Positions 45,101 through 58,871 of a stretch of DNA of 64,000 nucleotides are shown one piece after another. This DNA comes from Klebsormidium nitens (taxonomy: Eukaryota; Plantae; Klebsormidiophyceae): positions 1 through 64,000 of the forward strand of contig DF237066.1 in the NCBI GenBank assembly GCA_000708835.1. The letters are read 5' to 3'. The notes beneath the pieces were generated by a model that did no database searches, was not told where the DNA came from, and saw nothing but the letters and a program-made list of their open reading frames with translations. The stretch's first letter is position 1; each line of letters begins with the position of its first letter. The position numbers and the translations under genes are program-made.

Positions 45101-48100
45101 CGCTTACTTTCTTCTCAACGCTTATTCTCTCCTCATTACTCATTTGCGTCTCCTCGCTTCTCCTTTTCTCATCGCCTCTCTTCCGCCTCTCGTTGTCCCT
45201 CCCCTCCTCTTCACTAGGCGCCTCGTCATCGCTTATGGTCACCTCATCACTTATGCCCCTATCGCCCCGGCGCTTATCCCCGTCCCTCTTCCGACTTCTC
45301 CCGACATCAGAGGCGGTCTTTGCCAGCTCAGCGAATGACGAGAAGCCCCCGGCTTGCGGCGGAGCCGAAACCGCAGAGTTAAGCTTTACCCCCGGTCTTG
45401 ACCCTGCCTCTCTCTTACTGCCAGCGGGCTGAGAAGTGACGCCAGCGAAGCCCGAGAAGAGCCCAGGCTGCGAGCTGGCCGCCGGCACCGATGCGGCTGA
45501 CGTCAGCGTCGATTCGCTCGTGTCGAACTTGAGCTCCGAAACGGTGGCTGGGGCCGCTTTCGACGAGCTGGGTGCTCCGAAACCGGCGAAATCGGATGTG
45601 GGGCCGGTCGAGAATGGATTGGTGGCTGGCTTGAAACCGCTGTCGCTTTTCCCCGTCATGCTAGTTGGCCTAACTGGCAGCGCGAACCCGCTAAACGGTC
45701 CCGACGTCGAAGCACTCGTCCCTTCCTTCGAACCTGGCCCCGTCCCAAAAGGAGCAAAAGCGGTGCTAGAGACCTGTTTGACCCCCTCCGCACTCTTTTG
45801 TCCAAAATTAGCAAATGGACTCTGGAACGGGTTCTGGCCGAAACCGGGGGGTTTCGTCTTGGGGGGCTCGTTCGCGCGGGCAACCGGACCCCCCGAGGGC
45901 TTCGCTTGCGTGGGGGGGGGCTGTGCCTTGCCGGGCGTCAGTCCCCCCGAAACGGGGCCGCTCACGCCGAAGGCCTGCGGGCTTCTGCGGCTAAGCCGCC
46001 TTTCGGCTTGCCGTTGTTCTCCTTCCGAAACCGCTTCGATCTCGTCCTCTTCGGTGTAAACGGACTCTTCGGATGCCTCTTCGACCAGCTGGGGGGCTCC
46101 GGACGTCCGGCGGGAGAGGTGGGCGCCTATCATGAAAGGAGCGAGGGGAGCTCTTGAGAAGCTGGAAAAGAACGACACATCGGGGCGCCTACTAGTAGGA
46201 GAGGAAGAGGGGCTGTTTATAGGCAGGAACAAACGAGAAGCTATGTGCTGATTTTATGCACAGAGAAGTGCTTATCTGATGCAGAGAAAAATCGGCTGAA
46301 TGCAAGGAGAGCCATAAACAGGGGACGGCACAACTACGTGTGTTGCGTATCGTTAGCCAGGGGCACTCGTGAAGAAGTGAGCAGGTTCAGTATTGAAATA
46401 CAAGAATAATCATTTCAACGAGCACAATTTGATCAAGCTCAATACTTGGCCGGGGGGCTGTGCTCGTATATAACGAGCTTGGATGTAGTACGTCACCAGA
46501 GCTTGCGTTCAAAAAGCAGAGGAGATCAAGTACTCAGCAAGTGACGGAGGAACAGAGTCGCCCACTTACCAGCATATGGCACGGGGGAAGGGGGTGGCTG
46601 CGCTCTCTGAGAAGTACCCCCTCTTTTGATGGTGGTCGTGGGTGCGTGGTACTTGGAGAGACCCTGAAACAGGAGCCAGCGTTGAGTCTGGCGGTGTTGG
46701 AAAACAAGAAAACTATCTCAAAGGCTCCGATCGTTTCCGTGTAACAGACCCAATTTGCTCAGCTTGAGGGATGCTTCTCCTCCCTTGCCGATCCGAAAAC
46801 AAAATATGAGAAGGGAGTAGAATAATCAAAAAAGTCTTGGTCCTTTCGAGCAGAACACTACGGGAACCCGGTGCATCATTTAAGCGCCCCAGCTTTTCCT
46901 AGCTTCTTTTCTTCCCGTCGCGGAAGCCAATTATGAAGGCCCGGCATCACCTAACAGCCTCTCATTTTATCCTGGAGATGAGGCACCAGATCGTCGACTT
47001 CAATAAAAGGACTCCGCAACTCACGAGTGTTTGGTATGAAAGCTCTGCCTAATCAAACTCCTGCTGAGAAGCACGCAGAAACAACCCAGAGTTACATGGA
47101 TGCTGAAGAAACTCAGCACCCGAGCTTTTGAACGGGTTTAGTTGCATCTGCGAGTTCCCTCAGGACGTGATCAACCTAAAATATCAAAGCCAAAACTCTG
47201 ACGTCACCAGCTCACCTCCCGAGCGACTCTCCTCTCACTCAGTGGCGTACCCTCCCCGAAAATTGGCGTGCCCGCTTTCCCCGCGGACTGGGGGGTCGCC
47301 GTCCCTGCTCTTCTCACCCCCCCATTCGCGGAGGCGGGGGAGTAGGTAAGCCGCTGCTTGGGGAGGGGGCTCTTGGACGGGCTGACGTCACCTATGACGT
47401 CATCAAAGTCCGGGACACGGAAGACGGTGCCGGTGCCAGTCCTGCAGAACAAAAGTGGGGTCAGTGCCTTTCCGGATGCTTCCGGACACTTGGAAGATAT
47501 CGATCGGACAAGCTTCGACCACTGTCGAGATACGGTTCTAAAGTCCGACAGAAAGTGTCCCAGAATCCGATCATTTGACAAGATTTTGAAAGAAACCTGT
47601 ATGCTCAGAGTCCAAGGATGTTATCACGTTGAATGCTGCCTCCGTTTGAGTGGGCAGGCGTAGTCTGTTCTTCTTTGAAAGGAGAACAACTTAACGACTT
47701 GAATTCAGGGAAATTTGCATCGCCTGCTTGTCACTACTTTTTGACAAAATCCAAACTGTTTCGGGAAAGCGCAAGCTTGCAAGCCGACGCTGACCTCATT
47801 GCTGACGACTTTGGGGTGCGCACAGCTGGCGAGCGCTCGGTGGGCGAGATGTTGAGCGACCGTAGGATCTCCTCGGCGCGGGGGGTGCTCTCCATGCCTG
47901 ATTTTGGGGGGGTGGCGCGATCGTTGATTCCCAACTGGGCCATGAGGTGGGTTAAGCGGGACGCCTGTTCTTGTGCGACCGCCATTTGGGTGTTGACTGT
48001 ATTGTACAGGGACTGAACTGAAGGTTTCGGCCTGCGGTTGAAAAGGGTTATTGCGTGGTTAGGGTCGGTTAAAGGGCCATGAGGTGGGTTAAGCGGGACG

Positions 48101-51100
48101 CGTGTTTGGGCGACCGCCATGTAGGAGTTGACTGGTTGTACAGCGATTGACCGAGGGTTTTGGCCGGCGGTTACGGAGGGTTACACGATAGTATCGACGC
48201 AAGTGGATGATTGCGGACTTGGAAAGCCAGCAGACGCCTGCTCAAGAAGGATTCCGCTCTTACGACATAGTTCCAACAATTACAGGCCCAACATTAGACA
48301 GGTTGATAAAATGGCTTCTACCCTAGACTACCCAAGTGTTAAAGCGAATCCAGAAAAGGAAAGAAGCACAAAGAAAGAGGAGTTTGAAGAGAACCAATTA
48401 AACCTTAGCTGATTCAATTAGGTAAAAACTATCCCGCGTACAGGGTACACAGATTCGTACAGAACTTGAGATGTGAAGAATGAGGAAGGTGAGCAAGGGG
48501 GTCGAACTGCACAGGCAGGCAAAAGCATGCCTCGACTCAAGAGCAACGGGTCAAGATTGCGTCCGCTAGATATTCTCAAGGAACGTAACGAACAAAGTGA
48601 AAATTTGAGAGGCTCCAAGCACAGAGGCTCTCTTTTGAGTCACCATGACCGCAATTATTGGAAAAGCACTCGATCGTCACTTGCTTTACCGGCAGCAGAA
48701 AGAGCCGCTATAAAGGCGATGAAAGAAGTTTGCAACCGTTCAAAAGCTCACTGTTCTTTGGGCGGGAACGCCCCCTCTTTTCCGGGCCGCTTCGCTCCGA
48801 AAGCACCGAGCCGCCGAGCTGGGCTCTCTTTCACTGGGGGCCGTTGCCGCAGCTCCAGGGTTTGGAGGTGGATTTGGAGGTCCGTCAGCTTTCGCTTCAG
48901 AGCCTAAGGTAAAGCAAAAAGGGGAATTGATGAGAAAGAAACCACATTTTCTTTTGTATACTTTCGCGAAGAGAGTCAGGTGGTTCTCAAGATCCCTTCA
49001 CCGAATATTGGCCGCTGCTGCCGTTGCGAACTTCCAAAGTCGACGTTGAGATCCGTCTCGGCTCTGTTTGACAGCTTCGATTGCAAGTGCGAGTAGAGGA
49101 TGTCAGCAAGTCTCTTATAAACCACTTACCAATGGTTTGAATCTCACAATTTTGCGCCCGTGTATTGTCTGCCGAGCTCCAGACTCCGAAAGACCTACAG
49201 CGTCTGCTTGACAGCCTCACGTAGGGAATGACACAAAAGCAGAGCGGTGTTCACCTTATCAGAAAACAGTACTGTCCTTGTGCCTACCTCAGTGCCTCGC
49301 AATACGTTTTCCTTTTGCTGACATGCCTGACGGGCTTCTTTGATTGCGGACTCCAGTAAGAATTGCTTTCCTTGGATCCACAGACTCTGCGCCTGGGGAG
49401 CTTATCTGGTCCATTGCGAGCAAGTCTTTTCTTTTCGCCCCCACCTTAGGCTCCAGCCCCTTAATATCCCACAAAACCCTAAACTTGGAACCAACTTTAT
49501 CCGGAAGCGCAGAACCTAATTTTAGCTTACCTGGTCCGTTGCTAGCAAGCCTTTTCTTTGCGCCTCCACCTTCGGCTCCAGCCCCTTCTCATCCCACAAG
49601 ACTCTAAACCGCTCGTCTCGCGCCTGCTCCACCTTACTCTCGAGCACGATGCGCCACGTGTCAGCTCGGTGCGTATCCGCCATTAGGCCCTGTACCAAAC
49701 GGTACGAAGGGCCCAATCAATGGGAAACTATGCTTATTGTAAATTGTAAAGAATGCACCATAAAGTTATCAAAAATAAGGAAGCAACCCAAAGACCTGAA
49801 CGAACACTTTAGCTTCCGTTTGAGTGCCTTCATTGAGCAAGAACGACCGGCAGATATACCAAGAAACTATCGGATTCCTCCTGCCGGAACCCGAAAAGTA
49901 GTACGGTCAACCTTCATATCGTGAAGGTTCAGCAAACGCAAACTGCAGAGTTTTGCAGACACGTAAATTCAAGCCGAAGCACGGTCCACGGTCGAGGGAA
50001 TCTGCCTCAGGGCCATTGTCGAATTCCCAATCTCGGATGGCCGGTCGTTCCAGTTTATGAGATCAATGTCGGAATATGAGAAGCCAGATTCGTGCCGGAA
50101 CAATGGGCCTTGAAGAGAAATCTGCAATTGACATTCCGCGACCTCACCTGGACCCTACGCCCCGCCCCCGCGACCTCTTCCCGAAGCTCCAGGCACTCCT
50201 GATAAAGGGCCGCAGTGCTTCGGAAGAGGCCCTCTAGAGATTCTCGGTGCAGAGGGTTGTTTGAGCCGGCCGGAGAGGAAGCTCTAAGGGGGGCGAGGAG
50301 GGCGTCGAGCTCGGCCGCCATGTGCTGGACCTGTGATTTCAAAAGGAGGCAAAGGATCTTGGAGTCACATGCTGAGAGCGACTGATGGATCCAGCGCTCG
50401 CTTGAGAAATGCTCCCAGCAGCATGCCTCAGTGCTTCCTATGAGATGACCAAACATAAATGTTCCCGAGCTGACTCCCAAGGGGAGGATCCCTTCGCTTT
50501 CTAAAAGCGAGATTGTCATACGACAAAGTGAAACGTTCGGTGGCGAATCTTACTTGAACGCTCGACTCTACATCCGTCACCAGCGCTTCATGCAGGGATG
50601 AAATAGAGAAACATCTGAAGCGTTTACTATTTCTTTTGTTGCGATTCTCTAACACTCTGCTTCTGTCCGCCCAGATGCTTACCATGCCCCTTAACCTCTC
50701 GGCGCAAAGATCCGCGATTTTGTAATATCCACGTGGTCAAAATACAAGCGGGAGAAACTCAAGTTACTCACCTCATCCAACTCATTCAGAAACTCCGCCT
50801 CCTCATCTACCCCACCGGCCGGCTTCTTCCCCTCCTGGGGGGTCGCTTTCCCTGCCGCGCCCTGCCCCCTGCTAGACGCTCGAACCGCCGTCCGTTTCAC
50901 GTGGCCCTGATTCGCCGCAGGCATGCTAGCCTCCTCCTCTGCCTGCAAGTCCGTCGACGAATGTCCCCTCTTTGGAGAACTGGGTCGCCTCTCCTGCACC
51001 GACTCCCGCCTCTCCTGTACCGATTCTCGTTTCCCGAGGCCTTGCAGGGGCGCCGGCTCCTTGTGCGCGGCTCTGGTTTCGAGTAGCGCCGCGGCGGGCG

Positions 51101-54100
51101 CCTCGGGAACGGGGCCCGCGTCGGCGCTTTTCGGGGGCGCAGCGAACGGGCTGAAACCGCCCCCGGTGCGGAAGCCGCTAAACCCCCCCCCAGTCCCAAC
51201 CCCTGCAAATCCGCCATTAGGCGTTCCCATCTTGACGGCCTTATCGCCTTCCGGCTTTGCAGGCTCGCCGAACTTCGGAACGGCAAACGGAGAAGAAGCT
51301 GCCGGGGGGGGTGCGCTCGTTCTCGCGCCGAAAGCGGGGGTCGTGCGGCCAGACTCTTCCCCGGCATCGGCAGCCGAGAAGCCGAAGGGAGGGGTCGGAG
51401 CGAACCCCCCAAAGGCAGGAGATGACCCCCCCAAAGGGGGGGAGGGCGCCGCAAATGTGTTTCCCGAGCTAGAGAAAGCGCCGAAGGGCGACGTCGACGG
51501 GCCGGTAAACGGCGGGGGGGTGGGGAGAGGAGCAGTTGAGGGGGCGCCAAAGAGAGGGGGCGCTTGTGAGGGGGTTGAGGGTTTCGGCTGAGTTGCGCCA
51601 AAAGGTGAAGTGGCCACACTCGGAGCGGTTTTGTCGATGGGTTTGATGACCTGCTTGCCTTCTGACCCGGGCAGAAAGGCGGGGATTGGGGGCGCGGCAG
51701 CGAAGAGACCCGGTCTTGGAGTCTCGGGTTTGGCGCTAACCGGTTTCTCCAGGGCTTTGATAACCTGCTTCCCTTCTGAGCCGGGAAGGAAGGTGGGGAT
51801 CGGGGGCGCAGCGGCGAAGAGACCCGGTTTTGAAGTCTGGGGTTTGGCGCTGACCGGTTTATCCAGGGTTTTGATAACCTGATTCCCTTCCGAACCAGGG
51901 AGGAAATCAGGAATCGGCGGTGCGGCAGCAAAAAGACCCGGTTTTTGAGTCGATTTTTCTGCGCCGTCTGGTTTGGCGAGGGGTTTGATGGCTTGCTTTC
52001 CTTCTGAACCCGGGAGGAAGGCCGGGACAGGCGGCGCGGCAGCGAACAGCCCCGGTTTCTGCATCTCCGGTTTAACGCTGTCCGGCTTCGCAAGAGTTCT
52101 AATAGCCTGCTTCCCTTCTGAGCCAGGAAGGAACGCCGGGATAGGGGGCGGCGCGGCAAAGAGCCCCGGTTTCTGGGTTGTGGGGTTTGCGCTGTCTGGT
52201 TCTTCCAGGGGGGTAATCACCGCCTTATCTTCGGAAGCAGGTGGACGTTTAGAAACTAGGGGCGGCGAAACAGGCTGCCGCTGAAGCGGGGTTGCTCCTT
52301 CTTCGTCTTCTAGAAGGTCTGCATCTGCGAAGAAAGAAGAGCGCAGAGGTTTGTTGCTGAAACAGGGCTGCCTTGGACTCAAAACGTCGATCGGCTGCAA
52401 CAAGAGGAACCCTGAGCTGCTAGCTGGTGTCAAGTGCGGAAAAGCACCTTCTCTGGCACTTTGGTTGACACTACCTGGTTTATGTCCTTGCTGTGGTTTG
52501 ATTGTAGATTGGATTGAAAAAAGTGTTGACGAGACCTCCGGTGACTAGCAAGGGGGGAGAGTGGAAAGAAAAGCCTCCGAAAATCGTTCTAAGAGCACTT
52601 GCAGAAAAATTGTGTGGAGACCGCAACGGAGGCGCTTGGAGGCTCGAGACGTATCAGCGTCCCGAGCTTCTTCTCAGGAAACCTTGTGCACAGGCTCCGT
52701 TTCAAAGGCACAATAGCTTCTTTGAACTCCCTGCTTGACTTTTGAGGGCTTGAGTGCGCGAAGTTTTCTGGCAATCGCACTCCCAACGTTGTCGCATGCG
52801 CAGCCAACAACACGCTCTCGCATCCCTCTCTCCTGATGAATAGAAGCTGAACGAACAGAAACGCTATTCCTGATCATGCCCATTTTTCCATAACATCGAT
52901 CGCAATTCAAAGCGCACCTTCATCCGCTGGCGGCAGTGCCTGCCCCTGCGCCGCCCTTGCTTCCGCAGCACGCCGCTCCGCCGCCTCCGCCACAGCCGCA
53001 CGCAACCTGCTGACGTCGTCGACCGGTTTCGCTTCCTCTGCACCCCCACGGGAAGCTGTACCTTCTCTTTCTTCAGGTGACGGGGCTGCTTCAGATGGCT
53101 TTGGCTCTTCTGCTTCTTTTTGGGGGGTTGGCTCTTGAGGGGCGGCTTGGAGCTCTTCCAGGGGGGCGAAAGTTGGGCGCGGAGCGGTAACTAGGTTGGG
53201 GACGTCCTTGGCGCCGTCGAGCCTGCAGAAAGCGCGGGATGGACTCCCTTCGGAATGAATGTCGTGCTCTCCGTGCTCTATCTTGGTATGGTTTCCGCTT
53301 GATCAAAAACGTCCGCTTGATGTTCTTCAGTTGGCACAGAAATTGGAGAACGAACGTTCGACGATGAGTGAGTGCAATCGAATCTCCCGCTCTTAAGAGA
53401 CAAAACTCTCGAACAAATGCGAAGGCCGGTCTTCCTTCCGGCACGGAGTCATGGCAGCATCGCCGGAGCTGTTTGTCACTCGACCTCGTTTCGACTTACC
53501 CCGTTTGCCAAGGGGCCCGTGTGTTCCTACTCCTGAACTTTAAGGAAACGGGAACCTTGGGTTACTTATGCTTTCCAAAACACCTGCGACCTCTCGACAG
53601 ACCAAAAACTCGACAACTCCCAACTCGACAACTTTTCATCGTTTTCCTAAGCCTGGACATCGAAGAACCGACCAGCCAGCTTGGAGGTTCACAAATGCAA
53701 CGCGAAGGAAGCTCCGAACTACAGTCCGTCCTTGGCTCTGGAAGAACGACGCTCTGAGCAAAAGTTCACCTCGCAAAGACGAACGCGCTGAGCGTGCCCT
53801 CTGACGTCACGTGCAGCATGATTGGCTGCGGCGGGAGCTGAGTCTCGCGGTCGCGCGGATCGTACAGCTGAATCTGCGTGGACGTCCGGTCGATGGCCAA
53901 CCCAACCACAAAGTTGTCATCGCCGCTCTCTGCAAGTACGGAACCTCATTGAGAAGTATTCGAGCAAACTTAGTAGCTTCCTCGTCCTCAATCATGCAAC
54001 TTTTGATCGATCCCCAAATACTATGCCATCAGGGTGAAGTGCTTCGATCCCTCAAGTAACAGTGAGTTTGCGTGGACCTCCGATCGACAGCTGGCGCAAC

Positions 54101-57100
54101 AAAAGTGGCAGCGCCGCTTTCTCAAAAGAGTGTCAGGAAAAATCAGTAGCTAGGCGAGTCTCGTGAGCTTTCACGTAGACAAAGTGCATTAGGATTTGTG
54201 ACACTTTGCTGAGCTTTCCAAGCCTTATCATCACCACCTTCTTCTTAATCTCGTATAACGACGTTCCCCCGTCAGCCAGCCCAACTACTCGAAGTTGTCG
54301 GTAAATTCCTCCGCTAAGGAATAGCTACTCCGAAGCACTGTCCGAATCTTAAAGAGGCCTTGTAGCGGATTTGCTGGCGCCGAGCAACTAAAACAACTGG
54401 CGATGACACGCGCCACAATAGATGGACGGAAACGAAGACACAACGAAATTTCGTTGAAGAAAATTGCGAGTAAGGCGTTACCTGGCATATCCACTCGAGG
54501 AATGAACGTGTCGTCTTCAATCTGCCACTGGCGCAGCGTCTCTTGCCCGTCCTCTTCCCGCCAGCCGACTAAGTTGATGTGGTCGTCGTAACTCTTCCGG
54601 TTCGCCACTATGACTACGTTCCTGATCTCAGAACGGAGGCACTGTCGTCAGTCGAGAAATTTTGTTTAGGTCCATACTGCGGTCCTGTCCAACGAAGCCC
54701 TCCGCCGAGCCTCACGCTAGAGCCGTCCGATGCTCAGAGATTGGTGATTTAACGGTCTAGGTTCTAGGTTCTGGGTTTTAGCAAGGGGTAGGAATCGGTG
54801 TTGTCAAGCAGCCAAATATCGATCAAGCAACGCTTGACTTCGACGAAGCAACTCTTTGCATCCAGCACATTCAGAGTTTCCGAGCTTTTTGGAGCCTCCG
54901 TCTGCGCCTCCTTCTGCTGACTTCTTTCGCAGAGTACAGCTAAGAGCAAGACACCGCAGTAGTTTGTTTCTCAAGGAGAGCGGCAGACGCTAAGGTTCAC
55001 GACTCTACCACAGATAGCGGAAAGTACTCTAAAGCCATTTACAGAAAACCGAAGACCTCCCGTGCTTCCAATACATAAAGCTCTACAAGGTCCAAAAACT
55101 TCGCAGGACGCACAACACTCACCATTCTTTGATGAGACTCGCGTGCAGATACGGTCCCGCATTGGCGTCCGTCGCTTCAGACTGAATGCTCGGGCTCAGC
55201 CCGTCGAAGAGCACTTCTCGGACGTCCGAAGCTTCGTCGGCGAAACTAGAGCGAGACGCCGTTTCCAGGGCCACTAGAGGGCTGTCTTCGACCTCGGAGC
55301 CGTCCTCGTTGAAGGGAACTAGACTGAGGAGGATTATGCCAGGTCGGATCCACCGGAGGGTGTCAACTGCGCAGCGGAGACTCATTTGAGTGACTGTATT
55401 CGGTCGAGCTTCGTGTGGGGGTTGTGTGACAGATGACCAATTTGAGAGGGAGGGCGAGGGGCGACAAAAGCTGGCAAGAATTTGCCTTTTCCGTTCTTAC
55501 TTGGCGACACTGCACTGTGAAGAATCTTGTTCCGCGCACCCACAGGAACCGATAGACTATCAGGCAGTAACTTGAAGCTTAGTGGTGACCTGATGAGCAA
55601 TCCCGTTCAAAGTTGTCATGACAAACCAACCTTAGGACCGGAACTTTAACAGACGCGGGCATCTCGGGTCGGAAGAAATTCGGTACTAAGTAGACTGTCG
55701 TTACAAACTGTCTTTGCCGATGAATCAAGAGCCATCTTCGGTGGTCGTACTAAACGGGACAATTTTGCAGCACGATTGCGACATAGTTGCAGGCGAGGGC
55801 CTCCCATTGAAGTCGGGAAAAAAGATCGTCTCGGGTGATTTGTTTGGTCTGCAGATCACAGACCCGTTTCATGATCAATGGTCTAGCGTCAACATGTCAG
55901 AATTGGCAACGACTTTGGCGAATCCCAGAAAAGCGGCAAGGGGAAGTACTTTCTTACTCAGTACATGATGCGCCAACTCTGCTTGCCCCACCGACAGCGC
56001 GGGTTTGATTGTCGCTACCACCGTCGCGAGGTCCTTTGTCGCAATCGAGATGGCCCCGTCCTTGGATGCAAACGCCACGTGGCGACCATCGGGGCTCCAA
56101 GAAGCTGCAGAGACGAAACGGCGCGACTATGTCAACAAGGAGAGAAAGGGCAGACACGATTTGCTCCGCGCTGATTATGTGTCCCTGGCTACATTTTATT
56201 CGATTAGTAAGAAAAGCCGTGGCTATCAATGACAGATGCCTCATTGCATTTTCTAATCAACTAAAAGGTCTTCAACAACATTGACACCATTACGAGATAT
56301 TACGACAAGGTGAGTTCAAAGTCCGCGTTCTGCAAAAACTCTAGACGAACGAATGACACTAGCTGCATCATAAGATCCAAAAGGAAGCACACGTTCTCAC
56401 CAGCTACCACGTCACTCCTGCTGGGCCCTTGCATGCCCTTGCTGAGGTCACCAATCCGCAGAGTGTCGTCATCCAGAACAGCTAGCAGCGTCCGGTTGTC
56501 GCTCGGAGACCATGCCAGACTACGCACTGAGAAGTCAAACTGCAGCCGAGGGGGGGGCTGGACCTGGCAGGAATTGAACACAGAAGAGTTTGTGGCGGGC
56601 TGCATTTCAGAGGTGGGACCAGCAATTGTGTACTCTGGTTCCAGTTAGTGTCTCGTCATCAATCCGATGAGCATTATGGGAAGTGCTTCTTTATGTCTGT
56701 TGACCGGGTCTTGTCACCAGTCAGACAACTAGATAGACTTGCTTGGTAGAGGTCGTGTCTCCACATGATTTTATCCCTTTCTGCCTCACAGTACGAACAA
56801 AACTGTCAGGCAGAGAAGAGTCCTACTCTATACTAGCCTACTTCAACTCCACTATGACGGTGGTATATTGCCAAATTAATGGTTCAGACACACTTCCAGT
56901 AGATCCCTACTGGGTGCAAGGTGCCTTTGACGCTATGCCATATGACTCCACTTTGCCTCTTAAGAAGCTACGGAGATAGGCCGGCGATCAGTCTACGAGG
57001 GCAGAACCCGTGATATCTAAGAGAGCAGCAGTGTTCCCTTTGGCATACCCGCTCGGACATCATTCCTGGAAGTTGAGAAGCCGCTACGTATTAGTCATCA

Positions 57101-58257
57101 CTAGGTGAAGAAGCTAGAAAAGCAGGTTTTTTGTATGAACAACTCATTATTAGGTCTGTACAGAGAATGTGACTACGATTTCCTGTCTTTGTAAGAACTC
57201 ATCAAATTCTGAGTCTATCAGAGCCCCTGCACTCACCTTATCAATCAAGTCCTGTGTGGAGAAGATGCAAACGCCCCCCTTCGCACCAACTGCCAGCAGG
57301 AGCTCATCAGCAGACAGGCTGAGGGTGTGAATACCCTCCAGGTCAGGGACTAGCCTCACACCGTCCTCTCCTTCCGCGACTTTAGCCTCGCCAGAAGACT
57401 TTGCGGCTTCGGCAAGCTCGAGAAGCGTTGCAGTCCGTGCGGCATAGAGGCCTGGAACCGTACATAGCATAATTTAGTGATATGGTTACAGCTGCCAAGT
57501 CTTCCCCAACAGGAGGCAGAAAGCAAGTGTCCAGTGGTATGAGTGACTGGGGCAGTGACGCCGGAACGCGGAAAGGGGGGGGCATGTCAATCGCCCGTCA
57601 GATGTGAGAGGGAAAGACTGAGCGCTTGTCGCATCAGTTAGCTTCCAGGTTCAAGCAATGCGAATACTGGATTGTCGTCACCAATTAGAGAATTCGATAC
57701 AAGTCCTTTAATAAATTCCATCTTGAGTCCAAGAGCAACTCAAAAGTAGGTGGTGTCAATGTTGAAAGGGACAATGCAAGAAAAATATCTTCTCAAGTGC
57801 TGAATGTTTTTCTGAACCGTAAGGCGCGGGGGGCTATGTGGACAAAGAACAGATTACTTGAGGCCGCATAACTTGAAGGGGGATAACCTGAAGGGGGATA
57901 ACCTCACCACCCATTTAGCAGATCTTTCTGCATTGATGAGGTTTATCCTGACACAATCAGAGTATGAAAGCCAAATGAGAAGATCGGACCAGCAATCAAA
58001 ACAAAATAGAGATCAAAAACTACCACCATCATTCATCTTTTTGACAAAGGCGTACCTCTACCATCTCCAATGAAGACTGCCCCATAAATGTTGGACACCG
58101 CCAGAAGACTAGCATTGCCGGGACTTGCTTCCCGCTCTGTTTCGCTCCCAAGTCTGATGCTCGCTCCCAGGCGCTTGAACATTGCAAAGTCAATATTAAC
58201 GCTGTCCACTTCTTCGACAGCATCGGGGCCGACTTCAACAACAGGAGCGCCCGCCAT
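42141..58257 (-). CDS. NUP214: Nucleoporin Nup214/Nup159 orthologue: N-terminal beta-propeller, coiled coil, FG repeats
   Basis: ATG at 58257. Propeller exons include 58257-58056, 57451-57237 and 56563-56401 (SLAWSP, ASWSPDG, VDTLRWIRPG, NRKSYDDHI, DDNFVVGLAID). Coiled-coil exons lie at 47.7-50.3 kb. Large S/P/FG-rich exons correspond to ORFs 50691..52433 and 43695..46232. The last exon ends GGDPRFTQIRK* (TGA 42143-42141), like the FTQMRK end I recall for plant Nup214. Confidence 0.9.
43201..43330. repeat. ~75-bp tandem duplication in a NUP214 intron
   Basis: gacagacgttgacctgatcatcgttctttgctacc (43201) versus gagagacgttgatctgatcatcgttcttcgctacc (43276). Confidence 0.85.
48076..48172 (-). repeat. 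Intronic copy of a NUP214 acceptor + exon start (real junction at 48031)
   Basis: gccatgaggtgggttaagcgggacgc is shared between ~47939 and ~48077. The copy reads aaccgcCGg where the real site reads aaccgcAGg on the minus strand. Confidence 0.9.
49399..49478 (-). repeat. Intronic copy of a NUP214 exon end + donor (real junction at 49531)
   Basis: Real: ...GAC CAG|gtaagct. Copy: ...GAC CAG ataagct. The copy translates LWDIKGLEPKVGAKRKDLLAMDQ versus the real LWDEKGLEPKVEAQRKGLLATDQ. Confidence 0.9.
51625..52175 (-). repeat. Five coding tandem repeats of 114 bp / 38 aa within NUP214
   Basis: Consensus QKPGLFAAAPPIPAFLPGSEGKQVIKxLxKPxSAKPxT, five copies. Confidence 0.95.
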
Positions 58258-58430
58258 TGCTCCCCACTGGCTGACCCCGCACGTTGTGCTTGGAGATGCC
58301 AATCAGCTAGAGTCTGATTAGGTGCTTGCTTAGACTCAGGAGTTGCTTGCTCATGGCGGCTTGGGGGTTTGGCAGCGCTTCCAGGACGCCTGAAACGCTT
58401 CAGAATGAATTCATGCTGGAAAATCATTTA

Positions 58431-58871
58431 GGAAGTTTACATGGGAGGNNNNNNNNNNNNNNNNNNNNATATGGGAGGCTACCATCGGCCGGTAGCGCAA
58501 ATTTGAGAGCTACCGGCGGTAGAGCGCTACAAGAATTTACATGAGAGGTTCCATAGCGCGGTGCCGTCGTGTAGCGTCCGGTAGCGCAGCCAAATTTGGC
58601 CTTCCGCTAGACCATCGAAATCCCGTCCCGTAGGGCACGTAGCGTAAACTTTGGACATCGACCGGGCATATTTGAAGGTCGATCAAGCAGTGCGGACCGT
58701 CCGAGACAGTCCGAGCATACGGTACGTGCGCTACCGAACCGGCTTCATGTAAACAGCGTTTCAGCCAAAAGCCAAGCTACCGCAGTAGCGCTATGTACCG
58801 GCTTCTTGAATTTACGCTACAAGTCGCTACCGGGCGCTACAACGCTACCAAAACGCCCCCTGTAAACTTCC
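58431..58871. mobile_element. MITE with TA flanks and internal GCTAC/GTAGC repeats; contains a 20-N gap
   Basis: ttaggaagtttaca (58428-58441) and tgtaaacttcctaa (58861-58874) form a perfect inverted repeat. There are many ggtagcgc / gcgctac motifs inside. Confidence 0.8.

Noticed and set aside
41809-46157. Long plus-strand ORFs (41809..42549, 43786..44406, 44746..45432, 45436..46059)
   Set aside because: Antisense shadows of GC-rich NUP214 exons.
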